Below, in pieces: positions 62,840 through 64,000 of a stretch of 64,000 bases of DNA. The position numbers and the translations under genes are program-made. This DNA is from Bigelowiella natans CCMP2755. Its lineage: Eukaryota > Protista > Cercozoa. The stretch's first letter is position 1; each line of letters begins with the position of its first letter. Location of the stretch: NCBI GenBank assembly GCA_000320545.1, contig ADNK01001134.1, forward strand, positions 1 to 64,000. Direction: 5' to 3'. Under the pieces are notes generated by a model, which was given only the letters and a program-made list of their open reading frames with translations, searched no databases and was not told the DNA's origin.

Positions 62840-63620
62840 TTTGAATACTATGGACATGTGTGCAGAGCACATGAGCAATGCGATGAGGCTGTGACGACCT
62901 CCCCGATGGACCCACCTAGCCACCCACCATGTGCTAGGAGCAATGCTTGCAGACTGTTTGAACACGTGCGCAGACCGCCAAGATGGTGAGAGGACAATGC
63001 AGTTTGAATGCCGTGATGAAATTGCCAGCTGTCATCACGTGCATGCTAGCATGGACTGCCTTGGAACAATGCAATATTTTGCCAAAAATCGTACACCACA
63101 GTTTCCACTACGTGCAATCTTCATTGCGAAACATTTTCTTATGATGCGATATAGTCACGCATATAAGTACGCAGGCCGCGCAGTCAAATGATGCCATATG
63201 CAATCTAGCGCACAAGCTAGTAAGGCTAGAAGGCCCAACGAGCCACACCAGCACTTTAATAATAGTGTTCCACAAACAATTCATGGCACAGCATCTAAGA
63301 TCATTAAGGACGACTGACTGCAGGATGTATCTACTAGGTATATGTCGATTAGCGGCTAGCGGCGTCTATGTAATCGTGCGCGCGCACATGTGTAGATGCA
63401 CATCCTACAGCATGTGTGTCCTACGTTTGTTACATTTGTTTATCGATTAGATTGAACTTTTCCATTAGTCGATCACTTGTGCACGTGAGAGTGCGCTCAT
63501 AGCATGTGCACCAGACCGCATTCGCCTTTGAGCCTTGTTACTTTGCCACCGTGCGCGACCGATTGGATAACTTACAAAGCTGCAGAAGATAATCCAACGT
63601 GTTCGAGCTACGATTCAAAT
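62840..63620. other. Partially TpA-depleted, CTAG/CATG-rich domain between convergent genes
   Basis: TA sparse, CATG/TGCA/CTAG frequent; weaker than the 3.3-4.6 kb tract. Confidence 0.55.
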
Positions 63621-63740
63621 GCTCACATCTTCCGATCTCTACGGAAAATTCGGTAATTTATATACCAGTTCTCATATGCAATGGCTTTGCATAGGAAAGG
63701 CACTCTTTCACATCATTTGGCTTACGTCAACCACCTCTTT

Positions 63741-64000
63741 TTACAGTTGTGTTCCAGAGGATGAATAAAGAATATATAATGCTATAAGTCCAATGACAAC
63801 TGGCACTGCTGTGACGCCCCATACAGCAGCTACTCCGCCGATATCTCTCGGGGTCAAAGACTGTGTAATAACGGCCACACAAGAAGACAGATGCGGGAAG
63901 TTGTCAGTCGGGAAACTTGCTAGAAGATAATACATATGTGGGAACAAAATATGTGTAAATCATGGTGTCACCTTTTCTTCCTCGACAAATTCTCTCCCCT
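63741..64000 (-). CDS. 3' end of an unknown membrane protein gene running off the window
   Basis: Terminal hydrophobic segment GGVAAVWGVTAVPVVIGLIALYILY before the stop; no family motif recognised. Confidence 0.4.

Overview
Intron-rich eukaryotic (protist) nuclear DNA; gene style and a possible bipartite plastid presequence suggest a secondary alga such as a chlorarachniophyte, but that is inference only. About 15 spliced genes sit mostly in head-to-head pairs: PDI, CLP1, RAD6/UBC2, a TSP1/PAN adhesin, a METTL21-like methyltransferase, RAD1, acyl-CoA dehydrogenase, an androglobin-like protein, RAB11, a GH5 exo-glucanase, a P-loop protein, adenosine deaminase, an HSL-family pseudo-hydrolase, a DUF3427/SRA-like protein and one partial gene. 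There are two Ty3/Gypsy LTR retrotransposons: one partial at the window start and one complete with identical 326-bp LTRs. The most striking signal is not a gene. Intergenic tracts downstream of gene 3' ends have lost almost every TpA except those inside CTAG. A young LTR lying beside an older related LTR shows the change site by site (TA->TG/CA), suggesting a targeted 'reverse-RIP' A-to-G (T-to-C) hypermutation process. The complete Gypsy element sits in such a tract and carries a degenerate Dam-like N6-adenine methyltransferase fold at its integrase C-terminus. All gene models were assembled by eye; internal exon boundaries and some ends are approximate.
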